A stretch of DNA of 64,000 nt from a bacterium (GTDB taxonomy: Bacteria; Electryoneota; Electryoneia; Electryoneales; Electryoneaceae). The position numbers and the translations under genes were made by a program. The stretch lies in assembly GCA_963669175.1 (NCBI GenBank), contig OY769902.1, positions 2,048,001-2,112,000 on the forward strand. Reading direction: 5' to 3'. This document shows positions 1 to 9,849 of this stretch, piece by piece. The first letter of the stretch is position 1. Every line of letters starts with the position of its first letter. The notes under the pieces are model-generated. The model was not told the origin of the DNA. It saw only the letters and a list, made by a program, of their open reading frames with translations, and made no database searches.

Positions 1-300
1 CGGCTACCATTGACGTTCTCCCCAGAATCGTCTTACATGTGCAGTTTGTCACAGGTATGGTATAGATCGCACTTCATCTTCTGCAAGTAGTTCCCTGCTC
101 AAGAGGCCCGAAACTTGCTCACTATGGGGATGATATCGATTCACCGGTAAAACGGAATCGAAATTGTGAAACATAAAGCTATGCTCAAGGTATTGGTAAA
201 CTAAGGGGTTATGTAGGGCGATGATTTGCCGGTCACCATGCTGACGTGTGGTGGAAGCTTCCTGAGAAGGCAAATCGTGCCGTATTCCCCCGGGAGTACC

Positions 301-1293
301 ATGTTCGCGACAAGACGAGTATTGACGGTTTTTATTGCTTTGATGGCTGTTCTGACCGGTCTTTCGACCGGCAACGCTACCGACTGGGAGGCGTTTGTCG
401 GGGAAAGCATGTGGACAGTATCTCACACCACCCAGTTTGTGCTGGACGATCCTGCGAATCGTGGCATGCTGTATCGTGATCTGTGGGAAACCTTCAATAC
501 GCGCCGCTGGAGTTTCAGCGATATCGGTATCCAGACCGGCATGGAAGTGACGACCAGCCCGACTCAATCCGCTGTGGTAACCCCTTTGAAGTTCCGCTAC
601 TACCGTTTCCGTTGCAATGTTATCCTGCCCTGGGCGGTAAATCGTACCGTGGACTACAGCCGTATTGACGCCAGCAAGCTTGGTATCGGCGATATTCGCG
701 CCATGGTCGGCTACCCGATCAAGTTGTGGAAGACAGATGTATATGGGAATGTCGGGGTGAAAGTGCCAACCGGGAGCTTCGATGCGACAGATGGAAGTTA
801 TTTGACGCCTTTCGGTTCGGGAACGTGGGACTATTTCATAGGTTTGCAGACAACGATTCGGATCAAACGCGATCAATGGATTTACCTTGATACGCAGTAT
901 CATTTCAATGGCGACCAGGAGTATCGTGTTTATAACAACGGGTATCGCACGGACATAGAAATGCTGAACCCGAATCTGTTCACGTTTACTTCCTCTTATG
1001 TACGCACCTTCGGCAAGAGTACCAGCGCGTTTCTCGCCGGAACTATGTTTATCACCGCTGAGGGTGAGTCCAGGTTTAACCTTTACGGGCCATCAGGACG
1101 CAGACTTTACGGTAGCTGGACCAATGATCAGCAAGTGGTCTGTATGGAGTTGACACCTGGTTTTAACTACGATATCTGGTTGGTGACGGTGCGTGGAATG
1201 GTAACCGTACCGCTATACCTGGTTAAGGATTCAGACAACCTGGATGATCACCGGAAGTGGTCGGCACGGTTGGGTGTTTCCTATTTCCTGTAA
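301..1293 (+). CDS. Putative outer-membrane beta-barrel ('transporter'-like) protein
   Basis: ORF 226..1293; likely ATG at 301 after GGGAG. Has a signal peptide, the motif GIGDIRA...KVPTGSFD...PFGSGTWD, and an aromatic C-terminus (ARLGVSYFL) typical of OM barrels. Confidence 0.6.
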   Translation: MFATRRVLTVFIALMAVLTGLSTGNATDWEAFVGESMWTVSHTTQFVLDDPANRGMLYRDLWETFNTRRWSFSDIGIQTGMEVTTSPTQSAVVTPLKFRYYRFRCNVILPWAVNRTVDYSRIDASKLGIGDIRAMVGYPIKLWKTDVYGNVGVKVPTGSFDATDGSYLTPFGSGTWDYFIGLQTTIRIKRDQWIYLDTQYHFNGDQEYRVYNNGYRTDIEMLNPNLFTFTSSYVRTFGKSTSAFLAGTMFITAEGESRFNLYGPSGRRLYGSWTNDQQVVCMELTPGFNYDIWLVTVRGMVTVPLYLVKDSDNLDDHRKWSARLGVSYFL

Positions 1294-1314
1294 GTTCACG
1301 GAAGGTCTGGGCAC

Positions 1315-3159
1315 ATGAAGCGAGCATATTGGATTCTGCCGGTACTGGCCGTAGCGCTGTTGCTGACGGGTTCGTGCAGCGATGACACCCCGACAACCGT
1401 GGACTTTGTCGGCGAGTCCTATGAAACGCAGTGCATGGAAATTGAAGGCACAGGGCTGACCATCGAGATGATCCGGATTGAGCCCGGACAGTTTCGGATG
1501 GGGGAACTTGGCACGGCTTCCATGACCGAGTCCAATGAACAGCCACGGCATATCGTGTCCTTTGCTGAGGGCTTCTGGATCAGCAAGTACGAGATTACAC
1601 AGGAACAGTGGCTGGCTATTACAGGATATAATCCATCAACCTTTACCTCTTCGTTGGATTTGCCAGTCGAAACAGTTTCTTGGCGCCAGGTGCAGGAAGA
1701 CTTCCTTTCCGAACTGAACGCTCGTTATCCCAGTGATCCGTGGCGGCTTCCTTCCGAAGCGGAATGGGAATATGCAGCGCGGGCCGGGACACACGGCCTC
1801 TTCCATGTCAGTCAGTCAGATCTGGATTATTACGCGAACTACAACACATGGGCAGATTCCACATTGCCGGTAGGCACCCTGCTCCCGAATCCGTGGGGGC
1901 TGTATGATATCGCGGGAAATGTGTGGGAGTGGTGCTGGGATACCTACCATGATGATTACGATGATGCGCCACTGAACGGCACGCCCTGGAACGATACCGA
2001 TGGTGTGGGTCGGGTGATCCGTGGAGGTGGTTGGGGGGCAACGCCGAATAGCTGTCGAAGCGCGTTCCGTGATTACCGTGCCCCGACCTTCGCTTCCAGC
2101 AGGATCGGGTTCAGGCTGGTCTATGGCGATACCTGGAGTAACAATCCTCCGGTAGAACCCAGTGAACCGACCCCGGTTAATTCCGCTGTGGATGTTGAGT
2201 TTACGATCGAACTTTCCTGGTCCTGCTATGATCTGGATGGTGATCCGTTGATGTATGATGTCTACCTGTCCAAGGATCGTAATCCAACCCTGGTTGCCAC
2301 CGATGTCGCCGATACAACCTTTCACCCGAGTGTCCTGGATGAAGGCTCAACCTATTTCTGGCGTATTGCGGCCAAGGATGAACACGGCGCAATTACCTAT
2401 TCACCAATCTGGTCATTCGCTACTTATGCGCCCTTCGAGCACAATTACGATCTGGGCGGCAGCGGGGAAACCATGACCATGATCCGTGTTGCCGCAGGAT
2501 CATTCTCCATGGGATCGTCCTGGAGTGACGACGGGGCAGCGGATGATGAGCATCCTCCTCATACGGTTACCCTGCCGAGTGTGTTCTGGGCGGGGAAATA
2601 CGAGGTGACGCAGGCGCAGTGGGAAGGGGTGATGGGCGGTAATCCTTCCTATCACGGGGGCTTCCCTGGACGTCCGGTGGAGCAGGTTACCTGGGAGCTG
2701 GCGCAGGCCTTTGTCGATAGCCTGAATGCTTCTGAAGACGGCGATCCCTGGCGTCTCCCGACCGAAGCGGAATGGGAATATATCAGCCGTGCGGGAACCA
2801 CGACGCGCTATGCCTGGGGCGATGATGTGGATTATTCCATCCTGCATACCTATGGCTGGTTTGGCGGTAATGCGGGGGGACGTACCCACGAAGTCGGCAC
2901 CAAACTGCCTAATCCGTGGGGCTTCTACGACCTGAACGGAAACGTATCCGAATGGTGCGAAGACTGGTATCACCCGGACTATACCAACGCGCCTTCCGAT
3001 GGGGGAGCGTGGTTGTATCCTGCCGGGATTTACCGTATCCATCGTGGCGGGAACTGGACCACCGAAGGGAATGACTGCCGTAACGCGGCCCGCTTTGGCG
3101 ATGAACCGGATGGCTTCTCCGCTGGGCTGGGACTCAGGCTGGTCCGGGATGGGAGTTGA
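1315..3159 (+). CDS. Lipoprotein with two FGE-sulfatase (SUMF1, C-type lectin fold) domains joined by an FN3-like segment
   Basis: Lipobox LLLTGSC. Two copies of F.MG...E.P.H.V...YE.TQ.QW...RLP.EAEWEY..RAGT...PNPWG.YD..GNV.EWC...RGG.W...G.RLV. Confidence 0.9.
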   Translation: MKRAYWILPVLAVALLLTGSCSDDTPTTVDFVGESYETQCMEIEGTGLTIEMIRIEPGQFRMGELGTASMTESNEQPRHIVSFAEGFWISKYEITQEQWLAITGYNPSTFTSSLDLPVETVSWRQVQEDFLSELNARYPSDPWRLPSEAEWEYAARAGTHGLFHVSQSDLDYYANYNTWADSTLPVGTLLPNPWGLYDIAGNVWEWCWDTYHDDYDDAPLNGTPWNDTDGVGRVIRGGGWGATPNSCRSAFRDYRAPTFASSRIGFRLVYGDTWSNNPPVEPSEPTPVNSAVDVEFTIELSWSCYDLDGDPLMYDVYLSKDRNPTLVATDVADTTFHPSVLDEGSTYFWRIAAKDEHGAITYSPIWSFATYAPFEHNYDLGGSGETMTMIRVAAGSFSMGSSWSDDGAADDEHPPHTVTLPSVFWAGKYEVTQAQWEGVMGGNPSYHGGFPGRPVEQVTWELAQAFVDSLNASEDGDPWRLPTEAEWEYISRAGTTTRYAWGDDVDYSILHTYGWFGGNAGGRTHEVGTKLPNPWGFYDLNGNVSEWCEDWYHPDYTNAPSDGGAWLYPAGIYRIHRGGNWTTEGNDCRNAARFGDEPDGFSAGLGLRLVRDGS

Positions 3160-3194
3160 TTCAGCAGCAACAAAGATAGCCTGTTTATAGATAA

Positions 3195-3270
3195 GTGTTG
3201 ACAAATAGAAAAAAATTTTATAATATGTAAACGAAGATGTTTTGAGGAATTCTCTCCTTTTTGTCAACAC
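3195..3270 (+). promoter_or_regulatory. Sigma70-type promoter with inverted repeat upstream of the XRE gene
   Basis: TTGACA (3198-3203), 17-nt spacer, TAATAT (3221-3226). Inverted repeat GTGTTGACAAA (3195-3205) / TTTGTCAACAC (3260-3270). Confidence 0.65.
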
Positions 3271-3280
3271 CGAGACAGCC

Positions 3281-4474
3281 ATGATAGGGATGCGTATTCG
3301 CCAGGCACGCCGTGCAGCCGGTCTTTCGCTTGACGAAGCAGCAAAGCGTCTTAGCGTAAATGGTGTTTCTATTACCCGCCAGGGACTTTCCAATTATGAG
3401 ATTGGAAGGCGTCATCCAGGTCCGGGAATGCTGATTCACCTTGCGAAGATTCTACATGTAAAACCTTCTTATCTGCTGGAGGAATCAACAGTACGGATTA
3501 CCTGGACCGCATATCGTTCACGGACTTCTCTGGGAAAGCGTGAGAGAAATCGGATTGAATCAAGAGCCCAACATTATGTTGAGTCATTTATTGGTGTGCA
3601 GGACAAGGTGAATCCGGGACAAGGCGCCAGGTTTCCAAAACCACTGCGTGTAGCCAGCTTACAAGATGCAGAACTTGCTGCAGAGAAGCTGCGACAGGAA
3701 TGGCGCTTGGGAGAAGCCCCGATAGATAGCGTGATGCACACGGTTGAAGATCATGGGGTCATTGTGATCACTCATCCGATGGAAGGCGTTCGTTTTGATG
3801 GTCTGTCAGGATTTGCCAATGAGCTTCACCCTGTTATTGTAGTAAACTCAAGTGTTCCGGATGACCGGTTCCGTCTGGATCTGGCTCATGAACTTGGTCA
3901 TCTGGTCATGGATTGCAGCAAGCTGGATGAAAAAACGGAAGAGAAGTTGGCTAACCGGTTTGCAGCAGCTTTTCTTGTGCCGAGGAATGTTGCAGAAAAT
4001 GAACTTGGCAAGCGAAGAAGCCATTTGTCACTTCGAGAACTCTCCTTACTGAAAGACAAGTATGGAATAAGTATGCAGGCGTGGGTGCGGCGCGGTAAAG
4101 ATGTGGGTATTATTGCGGAAAGCGCCTATAGACAAGCTTGCATCAACTTTTCACAAAAGGGGTGGAGAAAGCAGGAGCCCTATACATATCATGGAAATGA
4201 GAAACCGGAAAAACTTCGTCAATACCTGTTACGTGCGCTTGCAGAGTCTTTGATTACGCCTGATCTTGCAGAACGGATTTTACCGGGATGCACAAATGAG
4301 GTGATTGAAGCGAAAGATGATAAAACGATGACAACTATTGAATTCATGAAGCTTTCAGCGGAAGAACGCAGGCAAGCGCTGGAAGTTGCCGCGAAAGAAG
4401 CGGCTGAAGACTACATGACCAATCCTGAATTGACTGCATTTGACGTGTGTAGCGAGGATGGTCTGAATGAGTGA
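3281..4474 (+). CDS. XRE-family HTH regulator fused to an ImmA/IrrE (M78) metallopeptidase, with an antitoxin-like C-terminal tail
   Basis: N-terminal HTH (RIRQARRAAGLSLDEAA...LSNYEIGRRHP), HExxH motif (LAHELGH) and E..ANRFAAAFLVP. Start moved from 3242 to the ATG at 3281. Confidence 0.9.
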   Translation: MIGMRIRQARRAAGLSLDEAAKRLSVNGVSITRQGLSNYEIGRRHPGPGMLIHLAKILHVKPSYLLEESTVRITWTAYRSRTSLGKRERNRIESRAQHYVESFIGVQDKVNPGQGARFPKPLRVASLQDAELAAEKLRQEWRLGEAPIDSVMHTVEDHGVIVITHPMEGVRFDGLSGFANELHPVIVVNSSVPDDRFRLDLAHELGHLVMDCSKLDEKTEEKLANRFAAAFLVPRNVAENELGKRRSHLSLRELSLLKDKYGISMQAWVRRGKDVGIIAESAYRQACINFSQKGWRKQEPYTYHGNEKPEKLRQYLLRALAESLITPDLAERILPGCTNEVIEAKDDKTMTTIEFMKLSAEERRQALEVAAKEAAEDYMTNPELTAFDVCSEDGLNE

Positions 4475-4856
4475 TGTTTCCAATCCACTAAAAGGCGAAA
4501 TCTGGCGGGTGAATTTCCAGCCGGCGAAAGGCCAGGAAATCAGAAAAACAAGACCGGCAATCGTGATCAATGAAAATGCAATAGGACAATTGATGCAACG
4601 TATTGTAATCCCGCTGACAGGGTGGACCGACAAATACAAAAACTGGCCCTGGATGGTAAAAATCCCTGCATCAAGAAAGAATGGTCTTGATAAAGATGAT
4701 GCCGCGGACACGTCCCAAATAAGATCAGTGTCTATGGAAAGGTTTGGTTGCAAACTGGGCGTAATAACCGCGAAACAACTTGAAGAAGTTTTGTCTGGAG
4801 TGGTTATTTGCATTGGTTATGAGTGCCCGTTTTGTATGAGTGATAATGATATTTGA
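4467..4856 (+). CDS. PemK/MazF-family endoribonuclease toxin
   Basis: Motifs GEIWRVNFQPAKGQEIRKTRPAIVI and NGLDKD..ADTSQIRSVS.ERF...LG. Overlaps the upstream stop codon (translational coupling). Confidence 0.9.
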   Translation: MSDVSNPLKGEIWRVNFQPAKGQEIRKTRPAIVINENAIGQLMQRIVIPLTGWTDKYKNWPWMVKIPASRKNGLDKDDAADTSQIRSVSMERFGCKLGVITAKQLEEVLSGVVICIGYECPFCMSDNDI

Positions 4857-4972
4857 AGTTCATTTGTTCCCCGGTAATGGATGCTCTGTAGTCCTTTCAG
4901 ATGATGTTTTTTTGAAGTATCTTTTAAATGGCCACCAATGACATCCCCGCATGAGACTGAGGCATATCGCTT

Positions 4973-7318
4973 ATGAATGCTCTGACCTGCACTCTACGGG
5001 ACTGTTCTGTTCTGCGCCTCCGTTTGCATATCCTGTTTACCGCATTCCTTTTTTCGAGCCTGTTTGTGTTCGCATCACATGCCCAGGAGTGGTACCACAA
5101 CGGACCGTCCAGTGTGTATGCACGAACAATAGAGGTATGTCCCTATGACACCACAAAAATGTTCATCGGCACCAATGCGCGTGGCATTTTCTTCACTGAG
5201 GATGGCGGGCAGACGTGGCTGGAACGGAATCAGAATATCTCTACTGCCCAGGACACGGCGTATGATTTCAACGCCTATGAGCAGAATTGGTGGGACGGGG
5301 AATATGAGACGGTAAAAGAAATCTGGATTGATCCGTACCATGAAGGAAGCGTATGGGCTTCAACGGCACACTATGTTTACATGATGAATCAGGATTCCAC
5401 CGGTATCATTAGCACCTATGTCAGCACCCTTCTGCATAGTCCGGATTATGGCGAGCACTGGCTGCCACGTGATACGGGAGTGATTGATTCAACCGTGTAT
5501 ACCAACATGGCTTTTGATGAGGATGAAAGAACAATCTACCTGATTTGCGATGAGGCGTTTTATTCGACAACGAATCTTGGCTTGTCCTGGTCACAAGTGG
5601 AAGGCCTATCTGAATGTGATAGTTTTTATGGTCTTACTGTAGCTTCTGATGGATGTGTTTATGTCAGCGGGTCTGAAAACTGTTACGGGGCGTTATTCTC
5701 AAAGGAAGTTGGCAGCGATGATTGGGAACTAATATCAGAAACCGGAATAACAAGACTACATTCGCATCCCTCAGATCCACAACAACTCTGGGGTAATCAG
5801 CGAATATCTATTGGAGATAACAGCCCGCTTCTGGCCAGCTTTGATGGAGGTTGTACCTGGCAGAACCATAGTGGAGTTTTACTGGATATCGCTGCCGACG
5901 GAACCATATATAACTCATACAATGGCACTTTGATGAGAAGTACGGATGCCGGTGAAACCTGGGAACCCATATTTGAAGATATTGACAATTATAACGGAAG
6001 ATTTGGATTCGGTGTTAATCCGGTAAATGGATCAACCGTGTATTACTCATGTCCGGCAGGGCTTCTTGTCAGCTATGACCAGGGCGAAACCCATGAACAC
6101 TTCGACCAGGGTCTGGATAATTCGTATATCCAACGCATTGTAGCTCATCCTTCTGATCCCCAGACCGCCTATGCTGCGGGTGAGACAGGGTTGTGGAAAA
6201 CGGAGGATGGCGGGGCGAGCTGGCAACGGCAGATCGACGGCAAGCTGTCCTTCATTTCGATTGATCCTCTGCATCCGGACACAGTATATGCTTCCGGGGA
6301 TTTTCTTTTTAGAAGCTTCAACGGTGGGGAAAGCTGGGAATACATCGAGGTCTCTTGTCGGCAGGATCCATACGCCGAAACCTGGACTGCTGTGGCGGTT
6401 CATCCCGTTGAAACATCCAACGTGTATGTAATGAGCCAGCATTCATCCACCTACATCGAAAGACTTTATGTAAGTGAGGATTGTCTGAGCACATTTTCAG
6501 ACTCATCAGATAGGAATTTGGACTATCCTGAACCGCCTCCCTATCTCGAGTTTGACTCTGCCGATCCTCCGGCCTTGTATATGGGCAGAATGTACTGGTC
6601 AGAAGATATTCATGAATGGGACGTTTTTACTGCCGGGCCGGGTTTACCAGAAGGTTTTGCCCATGTTCCGGGCAGCCGTTTGTTTGCGATGTCGGGATGT
6701 ACCCATTATGATCCCAACTATCGCTATGAGTTCGGTGTGTATTTCAGCGATGATCGTTGGGAGAGCTATTCCGACGCTACCGGGGAGCTGGATGCGAATG
6801 GCGTCTGGGATGTGGAGTTCGGGCCGGGGAATATGCTGGCTGTAGCGACCACAGAGGGCGTATTAACACGTTACCCGGATACGGAATGGACTCGCCTGGA
6901 TGGTCCCTATGACAATCGCTGCAATACCCTCGCTTTCTCCTGTGACGGTTCCATCCTGTATGTGGGCACGCATGGTTATGGCATCTATGCCGGGTATCAT
7001 GTGGTTGGTGTGGATGAGAAGGATGTTGACGCGCAGCCGACCACATCTGCATTGCTAAGCTGTTACCCGAATCCTGCGAACAGCGGGGTGCAGGTTTGCT
7101 ATCGTCTGGATACACGCTCACCTGTGACAATAACCGTGTATAACGTGCTGGGGAAGCGTGTACGTACGTTAGCGGAGCAGGTGCAAGAGGCCGGGGAGCA
7201 TCGTGTGTATTGGGATGGGGTGTCGGATAAAAGTTTTCCAGTGAGTACAGGCGTGTATTTTGTGTCGCTGAGTATGGATGGACGGAATCTCACCCGAAAA
7301 GTGCTGCTTCTGAAGTGA
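4973..7318 (+). CDS. Secreted BNR/Asp-box beta-propeller protein with T9SS-type CTD
   Basis: Signal peptide, many S/T-x-D-x-G-x-T/S-W repeats, and C-terminal CYPNPAN...VYNVLGKRV...GVYFV...RKVLLLK. Confidence 0.85.
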   Translation: MNALTCTLRDCSVLRLRLHILFTAFLFSSLFVFASHAQEWYHNGPSSVYARTIEVCPYDTTKMFIGTNARGIFFTEDGGQTWLERNQNISTAQDTAYDFNAYEQNWWDGEYETVKEIWIDPYHEGSVWASTAHYVYMMNQDSTGIISTYVSTLLHSPDYGEHWLPRDTGVIDSTVYTNMAFDEDERTIYLICDEAFYSTTNLGLSWSQVEGLSECDSFYGLTVASDGCVYVSGSENCYGALFSKEVGSDDWELISETGITRLHSHPSDPQQLWGNQRISIGDNSPLLASFDGGCTWQNHSGVLLDIAADGTIYNSYNGTLMRSTDAGETWEPIFEDIDNYNGRFGFGVNPVNGSTVYYSCPAGLLVSYDQGETHEHFDQGLDNSYIQRIVAHPSDPQTAYAAGETGLWKTEDGGASWQRQIDGKLSFISIDPLHPDTVYASGDFLFRSFNGGESWEYIEVSCRQDPYAETWTAVAVHPVETSNVYVMSQHSSTYIERLYVSEDCLSTFSDSSDRNLDYPEPPPYLEFDSADPPALYMGRMYWSEDIHEWDVFTAGPGLPEGFAHVPGSRLFAMSGCTHYDPNYRYEFGVYFSDDRWESYSDATGELDANGVWDVEFGPGNMLAVATTEGVLTRYPDTEWTRLDGPYDNRCNTLAFSCDGSILYVGTHGYGIYAGYHVVGVDEKDVDAQPTTSALLSCYPNPANSGVQVCYRLDTRSPVTITVYNVLGKRVRTLAEQVQEAGEHRVYWDGVSDKSFPVSTGVYFVSLSMDGRNLTRKVLLLK

Positions 7319-7425
7319 GGCCCGGCTGTCTGTATTCGTTGTAGAAGGTCGGAAGGGGTGGCTGTATTGCGTTGCTCGAACCTGCCTGCGGGTGATGCGG
7401 TGCAGTTGCTTATAGGCGACGCATG

Positions 7426-7460
7426 GGGGACTGTTCTTCGAGGACAGTCCCCACTTTTTT
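7426..7460 (+). terminator. Hairpin plus U-tract (terminator or REP-like palindrome)
   Basis: GGGGACTGTTC-TTCG-AGGACAGTCCCC followed by a T-run. Confidence 0.6.
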
Positions 7461-7467
7461 GTGGGGA

Positions 7468-7707
7468 GAAAAACGGGATTGTTGCCTTTTCATGGCTATA
7501 GATACAGGATTATGATATAATAATTGGTGAAAAGGTAACTGTACCAGTTATCACTTGTGAAAATTGCAGTATAGGACAGGAAAATGCCGGGACAGCTACC
7601 TTTTCCGCTTACAAATTCTGGTTGAATCATGTATCAGGTAAAACTCAGGTATTATCACTGTTTATAAGCTTGTCGCATGCGGAAAAGAGTAGCAGTCCCC
7701 ATTTCCC
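7468..7707 (+). repeat. Four-motif REP-doublet-like element, copy 1
   Basis: Same four conserved boxes (GGGA.TGTT.CCTTTTC / GAAAAGGTAACTGTACCAG / GAAAATGCCGGGACAGC.ACCTTTT / AAAAGAGT.GCAGTCCCCATTT) as 25560-25803 (reverse orientation) and 29477-29738. Confidence 0.8.
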
Positions 7708-7882
7708 GTGCGAATCACTGCCGTGGTTCACAGGATGATGACAGACACGAGTATGTTGCAGGTTCAGGATGCAGCCCGGCCATGGGGGATTACCTGTTCA
7801 GATGTTCCGACTGCACCACTGCCCGGGTGCGAGCACACCGGGCTACGCGAAACAGCTGGAGATTCAGAGACTCATTTCATAG

Positions 7883-7980
7883 CTCGAGATCCCCGTTCAA
7901 GCCGGGGATGACATGCTTGGGCCGGGGATGACATGCTTGGGCCGGGGAATGACATGCTTGGGCCGGGGAATGACATGCTT
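7883..7980. repeat. REP-like palindrome (GATCCCCGTTCAAGCCGGGGATGAC) plus 21-22-bp tandem repeats
   Basis: GCCGGGGA(A)TGACATGCTTGG repeated about four times. Confidence 0.85.
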
Positions 7981-8075
7981 TGTGGGAATGTCGGGATGAT
8001 ATAATTGGGTGGGGATGATATAAAGAATCCGTGACCTATGCGCCTCATACTATACTGTTTGGGTAGTTCTACCTA

Positions 8076-8182
8076 TGTCCGATAACGGACACTTCCTTGT
8101 AGCAAATCCGTACATGCGCCTTCCCCTGTATCCCTTTATCCTCGCTAAACACAACATTTTACAAAGAGGCATACTCTTCGCA
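8076..8182 (+). promoter_or_regulatory. Sigma54 promoter (-24/-12) with upstream palindromic activator site
   Basis: GG(8168-69)-N10-GC(8180-81) in AGGCATACTCTTCGCA. Palindrome TGTCCG-ATAA-CGGACA at 8076-8091. A sigma54 activator is encoded in the same cluster. Confidence 0.65.
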
Positions 8183-8207
8183 TAGAATCAGGGCAGGAGG
8201 ACAATTC

Positions 8208-9470
8208 ATGGACAGAAAGATAGAAAAGAAAAAATGGCCGCCGAAGAAGATTGCCCTGTACGGGGGCGTCGCGGCGGTAGTGCTGGTGGTCGGGTACATG
8301 TTGGCGTTCGGGGATCGGAGCAGCCGTTTGTATGTCGATCCTGACAAGCATACCATTTCAACCGTTGAGTTCGGTGAATTTCAGGAATGGATACCTGTCA
8401 ACGGCACCGTGGAACCGATAAAGACCGTCTACCTCGACGCCATTGAAGGCGGGCAGGTAGAAGAGATATTTGTGGAAGAGGGCGCTACAGTTGAAGCCGG
8501 TGATCCTCTTGTCCGTCTGAATAACACCAACCTGCTGCTGGACATCATGTACCGTGAAGCGGAGCTTTTCCAGCAGATCAACAACCTTCGTAACACTCGC
8601 ATCACCATGGAGCAGCGTAAGCTTGAATTGCAGGGACGTCTGCTTGATCTCGATTTCCAGATACGTGAAGCCAAACGTCGTCATGAGCGTTACCAGGAAC
8701 TGGCAAAGTCCGGCCTGGTCAGCGAGGAGGAACGTCAACAGGCGGATGAAGATTTTGAATACCTGGTTCGCAACCGTGAGCTGACCCTCGAGACGTTCAA
8801 GCAGGACAGCATGTTCCGCAAGATCCAGATCGAGTCGCTGGAAGGGTCGGTTCATCGCATGGAGACCAACCTTGAGGTCGTGCGCAAAAAGATGGAGAAC
8901 CTGACCATCCGTGCGCCTATCCGTGGTCAACTCACCGCCCTTGATGCCGAAATCGGACAGAACAAACCCCAGGGAACACGACTTGGCCAGATTGACCAGC
9001 TTGATGGTTTCCAGGTGGCGTGCCTGGTGGATGAATACTACCTGTCACGTGTCAGTTCGGGATTGCGAGGCACGTTTACCTTTGCCAACGATGATTTTGA
9101 ATTACGTTCCACCAAGGTCTATCCGCAGGTGCGTGACGGTCGATTCGAAGTAGAAATGTCCTTCACCGGGAGTGAGCCCGAAGGGATACGGCGCGGGCAG
9201 ACAGTACGTGTGCGTCTTGAGCTTGGCGATCCTACGGAAGCAATCATGATTCCGCGTGGCGGCTTCTTCCAGAGTACCGGGGGACGGTGGATCTTTGTCG
9301 TCGATCCTTCCGGCGAAGTCGCGATTCGACGCGATATCCAGCTCGGGCAGATGAATGCGCGCATGTTTGAGGTGCTCGGCGGCGTGGAACCCGGAGAACG
9401 AGTGGTGACGTCTTCCTACGACAACTTCGGTGATGTGGATAAGTTGGTGTTTGAAAAGGAAGTGAAATAA
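8208..9470 (+). CDS. HlyD/RND-type periplasmic adaptor (membrane fusion protein)
   Basis: N-terminal TM anchor, lipoyl-like GGQVEEIFVEEGATVEAGDPL, coiled coil, TIRAPIRGQL. Confidence 0.92.
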   Translation: MDRKIEKKKWPPKKIALYGGVAAVVLVVGYMLAFGDRSSRLYVDPDKHTISTVEFGEFQEWIPVNGTVEPIKTVYLDAIEGGQVEEIFVEEGATVEAGDPLVRLNNTNLLLDIMYREAELFQQINNLRNTRITMEQRKLELQGRLLDLDFQIREAKRRHERYQELAKSGLVSEEERQQADEDFEYLVRNRELTLETFKQDSMFRKIQIESLEGSVHRMETNLEVVRKKMENLTIRAPIRGQLTALDAEIGQNKPQGTRLGQIDQLDGFQVACLVDEYYLSRVSSGLRGTFTFANDDFELRSTKVYPQVRDGRFEVEMSFTGSEPEGIRRGQTVRVRLELGDPTEAIMIPRGGFFQSTGGRWIFVVDPSGEVAIRRDIQLGQMNARMFEVLGGVEPGERVVTSSYDNFGDVDKLVFEKEVK

Positions 9471-9471
9471 G

Positions 9472-9790
9472 TGAAAAAAGTAGGCAGTGAAAAAGGTAAA
9501 AAAGGTAAAGAAAGTAAAAAAGGTAAAGAAGGGAAAGAAGGTTGCAAGATTTGAAAGTTATCTCAGATAGCCCGGCCATGCCTGGCCGGGGAATATGAAA
9601 CCAGAGGTTGAAGTGAGTACAGCAATATGGACTACTCATTCCATCGCTCGAGATCCCCGTTCAGGCCGGGGATGACATACTAGGAAGTTCTAAAGTTCTC
9701 AAGTTCTAAAGTTATAAAGTTATAAAGTTATTTGGATGTGATAGTAATTCCTAATTATCAATTGTCCTATTATCCTGTTAGAAAATTATC
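9472..9790 (+). repeat. Composite intergenic repeat block (9-mer, GTAG-like REP, GATCCCC REP, 8-mer, 7-mer)
   Basis: AAAGGTAAA-type tandem at 9472-9541. TAGCCCGGCCATGCCTGGCCGGG at 9568-9590. Segment 9568-9679 is near-identical to 11260-11371. Followed by AAAGTT(C/A)T repeats. Confidence 0.85.
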
Positions 9791-9849
9791 CTGTGAGAAA
9801 AAAGAGTGTTAGAAAGAAGCGAAGCACATACAGCGGGAAGGAAAGGATC

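Noticed and set aside
1315-3159. Complete diversity-generating retroelement
   Set aside because: No reverse transcriptase, Avd or template repeat is visible in the window.
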